DNA of 64,000 nucleotides from an uncultured archaeon (GTDB taxonomy: Archaea > Asgardarchaeota > Lokiarchaeia > Sigyniarchaeales > SOKP01): assembly GCA_964508365.1 (NCBI GenBank), contig CAZDTP010000003.1:34589-98588 (forward strand), written 5' to 3'. A model generated the notes under the pieces. That model was not told where the DNA came from, ran no database searches, and saw only the letters and a program-made list of their open reading frames with translations. The position numbers and the translations under genes are program-made. The first letter of the stretch is position 1; each line of letters begins with the position of its first letter. Below are positions 19,217-28,441 of this stretch, piece after piece.

Positions 19217-21079
19217 ATGCTACCCAAAAAAATGAAGGATTTTCTTAATGAACGCCTTCCAGAAGCCACGCTTCGAGCTAGAACTAAAAAAGACAATGAA
19301 AAATGTTATCTAGAATTTAGTAACTTTGACCAACACCTCTTATCAAGATTAGGAATTGTAAGTGATAAACTTGGTCCTCAACTAGTTGCTTGTATCTGGG
19401 ATGAAAATTCCGAACTTGAAATTGGTGGGTATTTAGTTGTTGATAATCTCTCTATGGGAAGACCTTCTATGGGTGGAATTAGAATGCTTCCAAACATAAC
19501 TCCTGCGGACATCCAAAATCTTGCTCGTGGCATGACGCTTAAAAATGCTGCTGCTAACTTACCATATGGTGGTGGAAAATCAGGAATAGTAGCTGAAACG
19601 AATATCTCATCGGAAATGCACGATAAAATTATAATTGGCTTCGCTCGATTAATAAGAAGATATAAAGATATTTATGTGCCCGGTCCGGATGTTGGTACTA
19701 AAGATGCTGACATGAAATTAATTGCTATTGAGAACGGTTTAGATAGTGCAGTATCTAAAACTGCTGATATGGGAGGTAATCGAATCGATGAATTAGGAGC
19801 TGCTGCAGGTGGAGTTGTGATCGCGTTACAGACTTTATTAAAAATTCTTCCCCGAATGAGAGTTTTACCTCAATTTGCAAATTTGGAAATACCCGATAAT
19901 AAAAAACTTACTGTCATTATTCAGGGTTTTGGAGCTGTTGGAGCACACGCTTCACGAATACTGTATGAACGAATACCTGATGCTAAAGTAATTGGTATAA
20001 GTGATCTAGAAGGATATCTATATAACGTTGATGGCCTTCCGATTAAAGATCTTTTTTCTTTATGGGAGGGTTCAGGATTAGTTACTTATAATTATTTCAA
20101 CGAGAAGATTATTTCAGAAGGGTATAAACATCCAACTAAATTTTCTACTGAAGCAAATAATTTACTTCTTGAAAATGCATTTTGTTTGGTGCCTGCTGCA
20201 CCAATCTTTAATTATTTAGGTGTGCGCGCTACTGACAATGCTTCTATGTTAGTTGAACGCATGGGAAAGTGGTCTGTAATTATTGAGGGTGCGAATACTT
20301 ATTCTCCAGATCCAAATCGAAAAGCTGCTCGAACTCGTATGGAACAAATAGTATATGGTGAAAAAGGCGTAATGATTGCAAATGATTATTTAGTAAACTC
20401 CGGAGGAGTAATTTTCGCAGCTCAGGAACATATTATCAAAACTCCGGATAACCTTCAAATCCCGGAAAATTTGTTAGGTGACCGTAAAGCAGTAGAGACT
20501 TGGTTAAAAGAGCACGAAAAAGATTTTGATGCGTTATCTAAAGAACGTCTTGCAGCGGGAGAAGATTGTAGAGAAAATGTAATTCATCATAATATGATTG
20601 AGTTGATTGATTTATTAGCAGCAAATCAAGACTTGTTGCCTTGTACTGCAGCGGAACGAGTTAGTCTTCAAAGACTCTCTGAAAAAGAAAAGCAACGTAC
20701 TGCGAAAGATATCATGGTGTCGATTCCAACTATTGATATCAATAGTAGCATACAAGATGCGGCGAAACTCATGATTGATAAAGCGAGCGGCATTATAGCA
20801 GTACTTTCTAAGGGAAAATTAAGTGGAGTTGTCACCGATTGGGATGTAACGCAAGCAACAGCTGAAGGTGTGAGTAACGTAACTTTAGAATTAGTAATGA
20901 CTAAGAATGTTATAGCAGTCGCTCCTGATTATTCTTTACTCGACATTGTACGTGATTTAGAGCAATATCAAATTTCTGCCATGCCAGTTGTTAAAGATGG
21001 AATGGTTCTAGGAAAAGTTAGCTCAGACTTAATTGCACAGCGATATATGTCAAGTCTTTTACAAGATCGTAGCCTTTAA
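19217..21079 (+). CDS. Glu/Leu/Phe/Val dehydrogenase family protein with a C-terminal CBS pair
   Basis: GGIRM, MTLKNA, GGGKSG, GPDVGT, QGFGAVG, EGAN, NSGGV; C-terminal AKDIM...GVVTDWD...AMPVV CBS domains. Confidence 0.88.
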   Translation: MLPKKMKDFLNERLPEATLRARTKKDNEKCYLEFSNFDQHLLSRLGIVSDKLGPQLVACIWDENSELEIGGYLVVDNLSMGRPSMGGIRMLPNITPADIQNLARGMTLKNAAANLPYGGGKSGIVAETNISSEMHDKIIIGFARLIRRYKDIYVPGPDVGTKDADMKLIAIENGLDSAVSKTADMGGNRIDELGAAAGGVVIALQTLLKILPRMRVLPQFANLEIPDNKKLTVIIQGFGAVGAHASRILYERIPDAKVIGISDLEGYLYNVDGLPIKDLFSLWEGSGLVTYNYFNEKIISEGYKHPTKFSTEANNLLLENAFCLVPAAPIFNYLGVRATDNASMLVERMGKWSVIIEGANTYSPDPNRKAARTRMEQIVYGEKGVMIANDYLVNSGGVIFAAQEHIIKTPDNLQIPENLLGDRKAVETWLKEHEKDFDALSKERLAAGEDCRENVIHHNMIELIDLLAANQDLLPCTAAERVSLQRLSEKEKQRTAKDIMVSIPTIDINSSIQDAAKLMIDKASGIIAVLSKGKLSGVVTDWDVTQATAEGVSNVTLELVMTKNVIAVAPDYSLLDIVRDLEQYQISAMPVVKDGMVLGKVSSDLIAQRYMSSLLQDRSL

Positions 21080-22176
21080 TGATACTTAAGAATACGATAT
21101 AAAGTGTCTCTTTGTGCCGGATGTTTTCCAGCTGATCGAATAATATCTATTATTTTCTCGGGAGTTAAATATTCTCCAAAATCAGCACCTGCACTTTTAG
21201 AGATATTCTCTTCCATTAACGTCCCCGAAAAATCATTAACACCAAAATTAAGAGACACTTGAGCAAATTTAGGACCCAATTTTACCCATGAGCATTGGAT
21301 ATTGTTTATATAGTTATTGAAAAATATTCTTGCTACAGCAAATAATTTCAAGTCAGCCATCCCATAACTTGCTTTTAAAGGGTATTCTGTTAGTTTAGAT
21401 AAAACAGGGTTCATGCTAACAAAAGATAGAGGAACAAATTCGGTAAAACCAGAGGTTTCCGCCTGAATATTCCTTAAAACTTGAAGGTGTTCTATTCTAT
21501 GTTGTAAATCTTCTATATGTCCATACATCATAGTTGAAGTGGTAGGGATGCCTGAATTATGAGCGATTTTTATAATATCAATCCATTGAGAAGTTGATAT
21601 TTTATTAGGACATATAACTTTCCTAATTTCATCTACTAATATTTCAGCAGCAGTTCCCGGCATTGAGTCTAACCCAGCTCTTTTTAATTCTTTTAAGACA
21701 TCTTCAATAGAAGAACCGTATAATTTTGCCATGTGGAATACTTCTTGGGGAGAAAAAGCATGAGTATGCATATTAGAATCAATTTCTTTAACAACCTTTA
21801 GAATATCTAGATAGTAATTAAAATCTAGCTCAGGGTTTATTCCTCCTTGTATACAAACTTCTGTACAACCTGCTCTTTTAGCATCAATTACATCTTCTCT
21901 GATTTCTTCATGGGTTTTTAAAAAACTCTCCTCACTTTTATTTGAAACGCTAAAAGAACAAAATTTACATCCTTGATAGCAAACGTTTGTGAAATTAATG
22001 TTTCGATTTATAATAAAAGTCACAAGATTATTTTTCTTTTCAAAACAAATCTGATCAGCTACCTGTTGTAGAGCAAAGAAATCTTTGCCGGTAACTTTTA
22101 GAAGAGCTAAAGCTTCTTCTTGGTTGATCTCTTCTGAATCCTCAGCTTTTTTGAGAATCTTATTTATTCCTTTCAT
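21076..22176 (-). CDS. cofH: FO synthase subunit 2 (radical SAM)
   Basis: NINFTNVCYQGCKFC, HAFSPQE, SMPGTAAEIL, NIQCSWVKLG; adjacent to cofG. Confidence 0.88.
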   Translation of the reverse strand: MKGINKILKKAEDSEEINQEEALALLKVTGKDFFALQQVADQICFEKKNNLVTFIINRNINFTNVCYQGCKFCSFSVSNKSEESFLKTHEEIREDVIDAKRAGCTEVCIQGGINPELDFNYYLDILKVVKEIDSNMHTHAFSPQEVFHMAKLYGSSIEDVLKELKRAGLDSMPGTAAEILVDEIRKVICPNKISTSQWIDIIKIAHNSGIPTTSTMMYGHIEDLQHRIEHLQVLRNIQAETSGFTEFVPLSFVSMNPVLSKLTEYPLKASYGMADLKLFAVARIFFNNYINNIQCSWVKLGPKFAQVSLNFGVNDFSGTLMEENISKSAGADFGEYLTPEKIIDIIRSAGKHPAQRDTLYRILKYH

Positions 22177-23278
22177 TCAAATTAATATTATCTATCGTTT
22201 TTTTAATATTTTCTGGGCAAAAACCATTTTTAGTAATATATTTCTCATAGACAGGAAGTCTCTCTACGAGTTGGTATCCCATCCTATTACAAATCGTCTC
22301 TAAGTATTCAATTTTAGGCCAAACATGTTTCGGGTTAATATAATCCAATGTATAGGGAGAAACACCTCCAAAATCATCAATTCCTAGCTCAATGGCTTCT
22401 TTTTCGTAATTTTGAATTAGATTTGGTGGTACTTGAATAGCTATCTCATTACCTAAAATAAGCTTTGCAAATCCCGCGGTTTTTAAAGTTTCTTCAATTG
22501 TTAAGGGGTTATCCGGATGGTATTCTATCCCTTCTTTATCAGTGAATTTTTGTATTATGACTTCTTGAATATGACCATATTTAGAGTGAATATCCTTAAT
22601 TAAAAGAAGGTCTTGTATTCTATCGTCAAAATTTTCTCCTATTCCTAGCAATAAACCCGTTGTAAAAGGGATTTTTAATCTACCCGCGTTTTTAATGTGT
22701 TTAATTCTGTTTTCTGGAATCTTGCCAGGTGAATTATAGTGAACTCCTCCTTCTTTGAGGAGGAGCTTGTTTGTACTTTCTATCATTAGCCCCATACTTG
22801 CATTACATTCCTTCAAACTTTTTAATTGTTCGTAAGTTAGTAACCCTACATTAGTATGAGGCAAAATATTTGCATCTAACAATCTGAAACATAAATTCCT
22901 TACAAATTGGGTAAAATCTTTAAAATTTCTTCCTTCCAACTCACTACGAACTTCATTATAGCTATCGGGAAATTCGCCTGACATTAATAGAGCTTCTTTA
23001 CAATTATATTGAGTGGCGGTTTGAATTAATTCATTAATTTTTTCCTCTCTAATTAATGCGACATTTTCTTCGTCAGAGCCCTTAGGAATTGTATGGTTGT
23101 AAAAACAATACTTACATCGGTTCTGACAATAGTTTGATAAGGATAAGGTAAAATTTTTGGAGTAAGTAATTACATTATGCTTTTCTCTTGGTAATTCTGC
23201 CCTTACTTCACTTATTTCTTCTTTTAACCTCTTAAGTGATAAATTTTTTAATCTTTCTAGATTCTTTGGTGCATTCAT
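22160..23278 (-). CDS. cofG: FO synthase subunit 1 (radical SAM)
   Basis: TYSKN...CQNRCKYC, PHTNVG, MGLMIES, PFTTGLLLGIGE, QVPPNL, DDFGGVSP. Confidence 0.92.
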   Translation of the reverse strand: MNAPKNLERLKNLSLKRLKEEISEVRAELPREKHNVITYSKNFTLSLSNYCQNRCKYCFYNHTIPKGSDEENVALIREEKINELIQTATQYNCKEALLMSGEFPDSYNEVRSELEGRNFKDFTQFVRNLCFRLLDANILPHTNVGLLTYEQLKSLKECNASMGLMIESTNKLLLKEGGVHYNSPGKIPENRIKHIKNAGRLKIPFTTGLLLGIGENFDDRIQDLLLIKDIHSKYGHIQEVIIQKFTDKEGIEYHPDNPLTIEETLKTAGFAKLILGNEIAIQVPPNLIQNYEKEAIELGIDDFGGVSPYTLDYINPKHVWPKIEYLETICNRMGYQLVERLPVYEKYITKNGFCPENIKKTIDNINLNERNK

Positions 23279-23958
23279 CGCTTCGTTTTTCTATATTTAA
23301 GAATTACATAATTATTTCTGCTGGTAACATTTATTAAACTATATCTTGGGCTCTCTATCATTTTTTCAAACCCTTCCCCTTCCACTAAGCTTACTGCATC
23401 TTTACCACCTACCATCCAAGGCGCAATAAATATTCTGATCTCGTCTACTATATTTTCCCTAATAAAACTCCAGTTTAAATTTCCTCCACCCTCTAGGAGA
23501 ATTCTTCTTATTCCCTTCTGATATAAAATGGGCATTAGTTTAATTATATCAACTCTACTCCCTGTCCCTGACTTTATAATCTCAATGTCGTTAGATTCGA
23601 ATTCTCTAATCCTCTCCACAGACGCATTTTCAGTAGTTGCTATTATGGTCGGATAAATTTCAGGTTTGTATCTAACTACATTTGATTCGATAGGTATCGA
23701 AAGAGTGCTATCTAACACAATTCTATAATAACTTTTGTGATCGTAGAACTTGATGTGCAATTTTGGGTTATCTGAAATAATCGAACATTTGCCAATCATG
23801 ATGGCATCGACTTCTGTCCTGAGCTTGTGAACAGCCATCCAATCTTCTTCATCTGAAATTTCTGGATCTCCAGTTTTAGAAGCAATTTTTCCATCGATTG
23901 TCATAGCAGCACTTAAAATTATGTAAGGTCGTTTATCTCCTTTCAAATACCACCACAC
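23275..23958 (-). CDS. arfC: 2,5-diamino-6-ribosylamino-4(3H)-pyrimidinone 5'-phosphate reductase (RibD C-terminal domain only)
   Basis: RPYIILSAAMTIDGKI, VHKLR, DAIMIG, LEGGGNLNWSF; no deaminase domain. Confidence 0.85.
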   Translation of the reverse strand: MWWYLKGDKRPYIILSAAMTIDGKIASKTGDPEISDEEDWMAVHKLRTEVDAIMIGKCSIISDNPKLHIKFYDHKSYYRIVLDSTLSIPIESNVVRYKPEIYPTIIATTENASVERIREFESNDIEIIKSGTGSRVDIIKLMPILYQKGIRRILLEGGGNLNWSFIRENIVDEIRIFIAPWMVGGKDAVSLVEGEGFEKMIESPRYSLINVTSRNNYVILKYRKTKR

Positions 23959-25105
23959 CTTTAATGTAAGTCTTCTTTATATTCTCTGATTTAGTTCTTT
24001 GAACGATGATGTTGTAAATACTTTCAGAATCAATTTTATATGTATAATAATTTGGATGAGAAAGGTCAACTAAAAAGAAATCAGCATATTTTCCTGCTGA
24101 AATTGAACCATATTCTTTTTCTAATCCCAAATTTCTAGCAGCAGTAATGGTAACCATTTCTAGTAGATCCTTTGATGTTAAATTCTTACAATCCTTATGC
24201 ACGGCTAATACTCGGGAAATTCTATATAAATATCGCATTTCTTCGAATAAGTCAGTATTGTTAGCCATTACATTATCAGTACCGAGACTAATTGGGATTC
24301 CAAGATCATAAATCTCATTTATTGGCGGAAATCCACTTCCAAAATAACCGTTGCATCTAGGACATAAGACTAAAGAAATGTTTTTTTTTTTTAATCTTTC
24401 CAAATCATCTTTATTGTAGTGAGTTCCATGTATAACGACATCAATCAGCTGATCATTTATAATTAGATTGAAGAGTAACTCGTCTCTCGAGAGTTCACTA
24501 TCATGAGTCGCAATAATTTTGTCTAAATATTCTCTCTTCAAACCTCTGATAATTTCTTTGTGTTCCGAAGATAATTGATCGTAGCTAGCAAATCCCAAAC
24601 CATCAGCACATTTAAAAACGGAATCGATCTCTGTTGTATCATTAAATCTTCCCAAGATGCGATAGTTAATTGGAGACTTTTGCAATGCTTCTTTTAAAAG
24701 GGCAATGCCAATTAATCCATCTTCTCTAAAGTCGAAGAACATAGTTATACCGCTTGCAAGCATTTCTATCGCAGCCTCTCTTATTCCATGCATTTTTATT
24801 TCTTTTGAGGTTTTACTTAGTAATACATGCTTGATTCCATTTGGAGGAGCAACCGTTTCTATTAAATCTTTATTAAAGCCCTGTTCTTTCGCAAAACTAT
24901 CACAAATATGAACATGGGAATTAATAAAACCAGGGATCAATAGGCAGAACTGTTTTTTTTTGGAGAAAGTAATATCCTCTTTAATAGTATCGTAGAAGAT
25001 GTCTGTGATCTTTCCATTATCATCTAATTCTATTGAAATATTCTTTTTTAATTCTAATCTATCTCCAATCAAACCAAAGTTACTGCGAATGGTGGTGTTA
25101 GACAT
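23933..25105 (-). CDS. Metal-dependent amidohydrolase (deaminase-like)
   Basis: PGFINSHVH, ATHDSE, IHGTH, SLGTDN, GKYADF. Confidence 0.88.
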   Translation of the reverse strand: MSNTTIRSNFGLIGDRLELKKNISIELDDNGKITDIFYDTIKEDITFSKKKQFCLLIPGFINSHVHICDSFAKEQGFNKDLIETVAPPNGIKHVLLSKTSKEIKMHGIREAAIEMLASGITMFFDFREDGLIGIALLKEALQKSPINYRILGRFNDTTEIDSVFKCADGLGFASYDQLSSEHKEIIRGLKREYLDKIIATHDSELSRDELLFNLIINDQLIDVVIHGTHYNKDDLERLKKKNISLVLCPRCNGYFGSGFPPINEIYDLGIPISLGTDNVMANNTDLFEEMRYLYRISRVLAVHKDCKNLTSKDLLEMVTITAARNLGLEKEYGSISAGKYADFFLVDLSHPNYYTYKIDSESIYNIIVQRTKSENIKKTYIKGVVVFERR

Positions 25106-25172
25106 AGGACACTCAAAATTTTTTGTTCTTTCGATTAAAAAGCATTACCTTTAACGACAATCAAGACTACAA

Positions 25173-25730
25173 CTAGCTCTTTAGAAGTTCTAACGCCTCT
25201 GATCTGGTAATAGGATTTGTTTTAAAAATACCTTTTATTGCCGATGTTATCATTATTGGGTTAGATTGCTTTACGCCTCTCATTATTTCACATAAGTGAG
25301 TTCCTTTTACAATAACCATCACTCCTCTCGGTTTTAAAGCACACTCCATTAAGTAATTAGCAATGTCATCTGTCATTTTTTCCTGAACATTTAACCTATG
25401 AGTAAAATAATTAACAACCCTTACGAATTTTGAAATTCCTAGAAGATATTCTCCGGGCATATATACGATATCAATTGTACCATAAAAAGGTAAAATGTGG
25501 TGTTCACACATGCTGTAAAATTGAATATCCTTTGATATTATTATTTCACTATATTGTGCTTTAAAAATTTTTATATCCTTATCCAAATCCAGCTGATATC
25601 CGTCAAAAATTTCATTGTACGAGTTAGCTACTCGTCTTGGAGTTTCTAATGTTGCAGGTCTTAAATCGTCATTACCTTCAATTTCTTTAATGAGTTGGGT
25701 AATTAATTCTTGTACTCTTTCTTTATTCAT
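25173..25730 (-). CDS. folE: GTP cyclohydrolase I (FolE/IA type)
   Basis: ETPRRVA, SMCEHHILPF, GISKFVR, RLNVQE, HLCEIMRG. Confidence 0.92.
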   Translation of the reverse strand: MNKERVQELITQLIKEIEGNDDLRPATLETPRRVANSYNEIFDGYQLDLDKDIKIFKAQYSEIIISKDIQFYSMCEHHILPFYGTIDIVYMPGEYLLGISKFVRVVNYFTHRLNVQEKMTDDIANYLMECALKPRGVMVIVKGTHLCEIMRGVKQSNPIMITSAIKGIFKTNPITRSEALELLKS

Positions 25731-25885
25731 TTTTTTGTATTAATCTCTTTTTTAATTTATATATATTGAAATTTAGGAAAATATAAATAAATATTAGAAT
25801 TCGAAAAAAATCGCTGTTAAAGAATTTAAAAAAAGCTTTGAGCGTTCAATTCCTTTATTTTCAAGATTTATCTAACTGTTTATCA

Positions 25886-27004
25886 TTACTTCTTTAGGAA
25901 ATGTCTATAAATTGTCACATAGTTTTTTACACTTACTACTCTAGGATTACGCCTAAAATTAGAAGGAATAAGAGCACTACAGCGTGAACAGAGTTTTGAA
26001 GTCTGCATCCAATCTTTAAATTCATCAGCGTGGGAAGGATACCTGCAGTTTGGACATACAACTACTCCTCGTCCTCTATCTTCCGGAAGTTTTGGTAATT
26101 TAAAACAAAAGATACACTTGAAATCCTCTAATGTTAAATATGATCCTTTTGGTTTAAATTTGTCAAAATTTTGGATTTTTGAAGTTGATTTAGTTCTAGT
26201 TATATGAGTTGCATTTGATGTTTTTTTTCTAGTGGTTTGCTTTTTTGACGTAGGAGTTATTCTTGATGATTGAGTTCTAGATCTTGTTGTACGAGTAGTT
26301 GCTCTAGTAGAGGGTGTTGGATTAGTTACCCTTGTTGTCCTTACATTCTGTCTCTGTATTGTAGGTGTGGTTAAACTATTAATAGTTCTAGTACGATTTG
26401 CGATGTAATCACGAGTTAATGTAGGTAGTGATGAGCGTGTATTAGTAAATCCAAAAAGTATTACTATTAAAATCGTAGCAATTAATAGCAGCAAGAGATT
26501 TAAGTCTAATGGAAAACTTTCAATAGAACCATAGAAAGTTATCCAATAAGTTAGAATGAAAATAAGAACTGAGATTGATAACATGTACCCTAGCGTTCTC
26601 GCTTTTACTGCCTTTGTTCCAAAGTATATTACATTGTATTTCTTAAAACAACGATATAAAGAGTAAGAACCATACAATATGTAAGGAAAAGCAAAAATTA
26701 GGCTCCATAAACTAAAATATACCCCTCCGAGAAGATTTTCACCCAATACACCTGTATAAAAACCCCATATAGAATAAAAAATTCCCACACATAACGGAAG
26801 AATTACAAAAAATGCAGTATTTTGTGGTGAATTAAACTCACGATGACGTTTTATGTTTTCAAATATTTTTAAAGTGAATATTAACCATAACCCAATTAAT
26901 AACCAAGTAACAAAATTAGAAAAAGAATAGGAGAGTAAACCATGGATTGCACCAATTATTAGAAAAATAGTACATATTATTGTTATAGTTTTATTTCTTG
27001 CCAT
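25886..27004 (-). CDS. Multi-pass membrane protein with a C-terminal RING-like Zn finger (putative E3 ligase)
   Basis: About 6 hydrophobic helices (aa ~6-186), a Thr/Arg/Ser-rich linker, then C-x2-C-x16-C-x2-C-x4-H-x2-E-x3-W-x6-C-x2-C; last gene of the Ub-E1-E2-JAB run. Confidence 0.75.
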   Translation of the reverse strand: MARNKTITIICTIFLIIGAIHGLLSYSFSNFVTWLLIGLWLIFTLKIFENIKRHREFNSPQNTAFFVILPLCVGIFYSIWGFYTGVLGENLLGGVYFSLWSLIFAFPYILYGSYSLYRCFKKYNVIYFGTKAVKARTLGYMLSISVLIFILTYWITFYGSIESFPLDLNLLLLLIATILIVILFGFTNTRSSLPTLTRDYIANRTRTINSLTTPTIQRQNVRTTRVTNPTPSTRATTRTTRSRTQSSRITPTSKKQTTRKKTSNATHITRTKSTSKIQNFDKFKPKGSYLTLEDFKCIFCFKLPKLPEDRGRGVVVCPNCRYPSHADEFKDWMQTSKLCSRCSALIPSNFRRNPRVVSVKNYVTIYRHFLKK

Positions 27005-27036
27005 GGTTTAGATATCACCAAAGGTGTTTTTTATCT

Positions 27037-27843
27037 TTATTCATCATATTCTAAATATGCTGGTTTCCCTTCAATAATTGGATTCATGAATTCTAAAATT
27101 TCTGGTAACATTCTCACATCTAAATGGCCCTTAATATCAAAAGGTACCGAGTACCATTTTTTAGTTTTAAAATTTGCACGATAGATCTCAAAACCTACAG
27201 ATTTTCCGTTAATTTGATAAGGATCAATTACTAAAGCTACTGATTTATCCCAAAATTGCTGATATCGCCTTTGAGTCCCTAAGTCTTCTCTAGACATGAA
27301 ACATCCATATGAGGGATGAGAATGATACCATCCACAAATAAATTGCTTACTTTTTACAATATCTTCATATGCTCGAGTAAAATTGTTATAATCTTTAATT
27401 TCAGCATAGACTGCAGTGCCGTGACCCATTGGATATGCATCTTCTAAATATAATATTCCATTGTCATAGCTTCCAGCGAGTAACCCAATCACCTCAACCC
27501 AGTTCTCTTTCCTAATTTTGGAATTCGCATATTTCAACGAATGACTTGAGATCTTTAGGATAGCTTTTACAGTTATTTTTATCTTTGCAGAAATTTTATC
27601 ACTTTTATCACCTTTAGCGATAGTTATTACAGGTTCCATTGGAATTGGTTCTAATTTGGTTTTTATACTTTCTGAATGGTTTAAAGATTTCGCATCAAAA
27701 ATTTCAGCGGTTATTTCTTCCTGTAATTCTTCGAGTTGTAATTCGGTGTATACTTCCTCAAGTATTTCTTTTTTGATCTTTTCCTTTATTTTTTGTTTAA
27801 TTGCATCTCTAATTTTTTCACCATTCTCATCGTTAATTTTCAT
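27037..27843 (-). CDS. JAB1/MPN+ (JAMM) metalloisopeptidase, Rpn11/CSN5-like
   Basis: EVIGLLAG...GWYHSHP...MSREDLGTQ...LVIDP. Confidence 0.93.
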   Translation of the reverse strand: MKINDENGEKIRDAIKQKIKEKIKKEILEEVYTELQLEELQEEITAEIFDAKSLNHSESIKTKLEPIPMEPVITIAKGDKSDKISAKIKITVKAILKISSHSLKYANSKIRKENWVEVIGLLAGSYDNGILYLEDAYPMGHGTAVYAEIKDYNNFTRAYEDIVKSKQFICGWYHSHPSYGCFMSREDLGTQRRYQQFWDKSVALVIDPYQINGKSVGFEIYRANFKTKKWYSVPFDIKGHLDVRMLPEILEFMNPIIEGKPAYLEYDE

Positions 27844-27847
27844 AAAA

Positions 27848-28375
27848 TCACCATTTATCCTTCGCGTATTTCTTTACCAAATTCCTAACTTTTTTTTCAA
27901 AATTTTTCTGATCTTTCATCATCTCAATAGCTGCCTTTTTGTTAAAAACATCAGTTGGATTAACATATTTTCCACGAGTGTTTAACATAGCAATTATTGC
28001 TTGAACAACTGTAACCGCTGTTTTTGAAGGACTCCATCCCCCTTTTTTGCCAGTTAGAGAAGGATCTACTAAAGCTAAGCAGATATTTCTTTGTCCTTTA
28101 TATTCACTTGGCTTTGGCCAAAAGTTTGGATGCCATATCGGAGTATGCAATCTAACAAAAGGAGGCTGATTTGGATATTGAACAGGAAACTTCATTTCTA
28201 ATTTAAACAATCCTCCTGCATAAGCAGTGCCTTTAGGACCTTTAATCGTAACAGCTAAGTGATCGATGCTCTTTTTTTTTGGATTAAATGGCTTTAATTG
28301 GATAATTGTACCTTCCTTTAGCAACTTTTTTAGTCCCGCAAAATCTCGGGAAACTCGACTACTTCTTATACTCAT
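27848..28375 (-). CDS. Ubiquitin-conjugating enzyme E2
   Basis: GPKGTAYAGGLF, FPVQYPNQPP, WHPN, catalytic ICL, WSP. Confidence 0.95.
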   Translation of the reverse strand: MSIRSSRVSRDFAGLKKLLKEGTIIQLKPFNPKKKSIDHLAVTIKGPKGTAYAGGLFKLEMKFPVQYPNQPPFVRLHTPIWHPNFWPKPSEYKGQRNICLALVDPSLTGKKGGWSPSKTAVTVVQAIIAMLNTRGKYVNPTDVFNKKAAIEMMKDQKNFEKKVRNLVKKYAKDKW

Positions 28376-28441
28376 ATTCTTAACCCCGTTTTTTCTTTTT
28401 TTTCTTTTTAATATTTTAAAATTATATTTTGGATTAAAATT

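Noticed and set aside
19217-21079. Gene symbol gdhA
   Set aside because: The glutamate-specificity Lys is replaced by Met, so the substrate is uncertain
21076-22176. Alternative call as menaquinone futalosine-pathway MqnC/MqnE
   Set aside because: Overlap with a clear cofG makes cofH the better call
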